From assembly GCF_028641065.1 (NCBI RefSeq), contig NC_073388.1, forward strand, positions 31,806,001 through 31,870,000: 64,000 nucleotides of DNA, given 5' to 3'. The notes below the pieces were generated by a model that saw nothing but the letters and a program-made list of their open reading frames with translations, made no database searches and was not told the origin of the DNA. Of the stretch, positions 62,884-64,000 are shown in pieces (the stretch's first letter is position 1; the number at the start of each line of letters is the position of its first letter). This DNA comes from Leucoraja erinacea (taxonomy: Eukaryota). The position numbers and the translations under genes were made by a program.

Positions 62884-63490
62884 CCTCCCTCTCCACAGGC
62901 GTGAATGGATGAACTCCGCGGGCCAGGCAGCATCTACAGAGAGAAATGGACAGACGAGAGAGAGAGAGAGAGCGAGGAAATGGAACGAAGGAAATAGACA
63001 ACGTTTCGGCACCGCTGCAGCACCCGCTGAGTTTCTCCAGCATTCGCGTGTGTGGGTGGAGTTTGGGTGGGTGGGTGGGGGGGTGGGGGGGGGCAAAGGG
63101 GGAGAAATGGGTCGTCCTGTCCATTTCACGCCTGAAGCGCCCTGGGCCCGCGTCTGTCCATTTCTCTCAATAGAGGAGCTGCCTGAGAGAGAGCGTAGTT
63201 CATCCATTCATTGCCTCTGGGAGAGAGAGAGGAGGGGGAGGGAGGGGGAGGGGAGGGAGAGAAAGAGAGAGAGAGAGTGGTCCTTGGTGTACAGGAAAGT
63301 GAGAGACACAAATAGTGACCCGGTGTGTGCAGGAGAGAGAGAGAGAGAGAGAGTGTCCCTGGTCAGTCCCCCTTTGAAGATAGAGGGAACCAGTTTGCTT
63401 GGAGCAACTCAGCGGGACAGAGGCAGCATCTCTGGCAAGAGAAGGACGGGTGGCGTTTCGGGCTTGAAAGTCTCTTCTTCAGACTGAAAG
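62440..63490. repeat. Cluster of direct and inverted Penelope-terminal-like units with (GA)n
   Basis: gcgtgaatggatgaactc..catctacagagagaaatggacagac at ~62478 and ~62899, inverted near 63150-63210; gcttggagcaactcagcgggac at ~62613 and ~63397, inverted near 62790-62810. Confidence 0.7.
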
Positions 63491-64000
63491 TTTCACCATC
63501 TCAGTAGATCATAAAATAAACACAATAATCAACGGTCAATGTGAGATACAGTCTTTATTCATATTTGACAAAATAAAAAGACGACTTCTTTGCACATATT
63601 GAGAGAAGGGTGCATCACACCAAACAACATTTGTCTAAAAAAACAGATTATTCTTCAGCTCATTAAAGAGCTCGGGTGTGAAAAAAAAACGAATAGAGTG
63701 TGTGACAACAAAGTAACATCATTTGTGCCACGTGATTAACTACACTACAGTCCACGATGTTGATTCGGGAAAGATCGGGAGACGGACAAGTCACTCGCAC
63801 AAAATGACAGAATTGCCGAGAGTACCGTGGGAAACTCTTGAGTCTACCCCCCCGTTATATCGGTGATATCGTGCATAGACCACGACCAAATCCACTCGTG
63901 GCTACCTCCTTGCGTCAAAGAAGTCGCCCCGTGGTCAACTAAACCCATTATCAGTTTCCAGGATGGTGGATTATACTAAAATCCCTATTTCCCTTCCACC

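Noticed and set aside
1-64000. CRISPR arrays, rRNA, true tRNA genes, prokaryotic operons
   Set aside because: None seen; tRNA-like stretches are SINE heads and no regular repeat-spacer pattern was found.

Overview
Eukaryotic, repeat-dense vertebrate genomic DNA. The repeat set (CR1, L1/Tx1-type, Rex1-type, Penelope, HE1/V-SINE-like SINEs) suggests a cartilaginous fish, probably a skate or ray; this is inference. No host gene can be named; there is one candidate Pro/Ser-rich exon near 36.7 kb. The standout is a full-length, apparently very young DIRS1-type tyrosine-recombinase retrotransposon on the minus strand (23384-28184). It has three open ORFs (gag; RT-RNaseH-methyltransferase-like; YR), a 36-bp ITR, a perfect internal complementary region (ICR) spelling the circle junction, and AAT at both ends. 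Consensus splice signals sit at its ORF boundaries: a phase-0 intron would fuse the pol ATG to the recombinase frame, and a terminal donor plus 5' acceptor could act across the circle junction. Positions 1-41 kb are otherwise nested TE fragments in AT-rich unique DNA, with a 100-N gap at 19904-20003. From about 41.4 kb to the end (and 19.2-19.9 kb) the sequence looks like uncorrected, indel-rich long-read consensus: L1, CR1 and Penelope remnants are recognisable, but ORFs there are unreliable.
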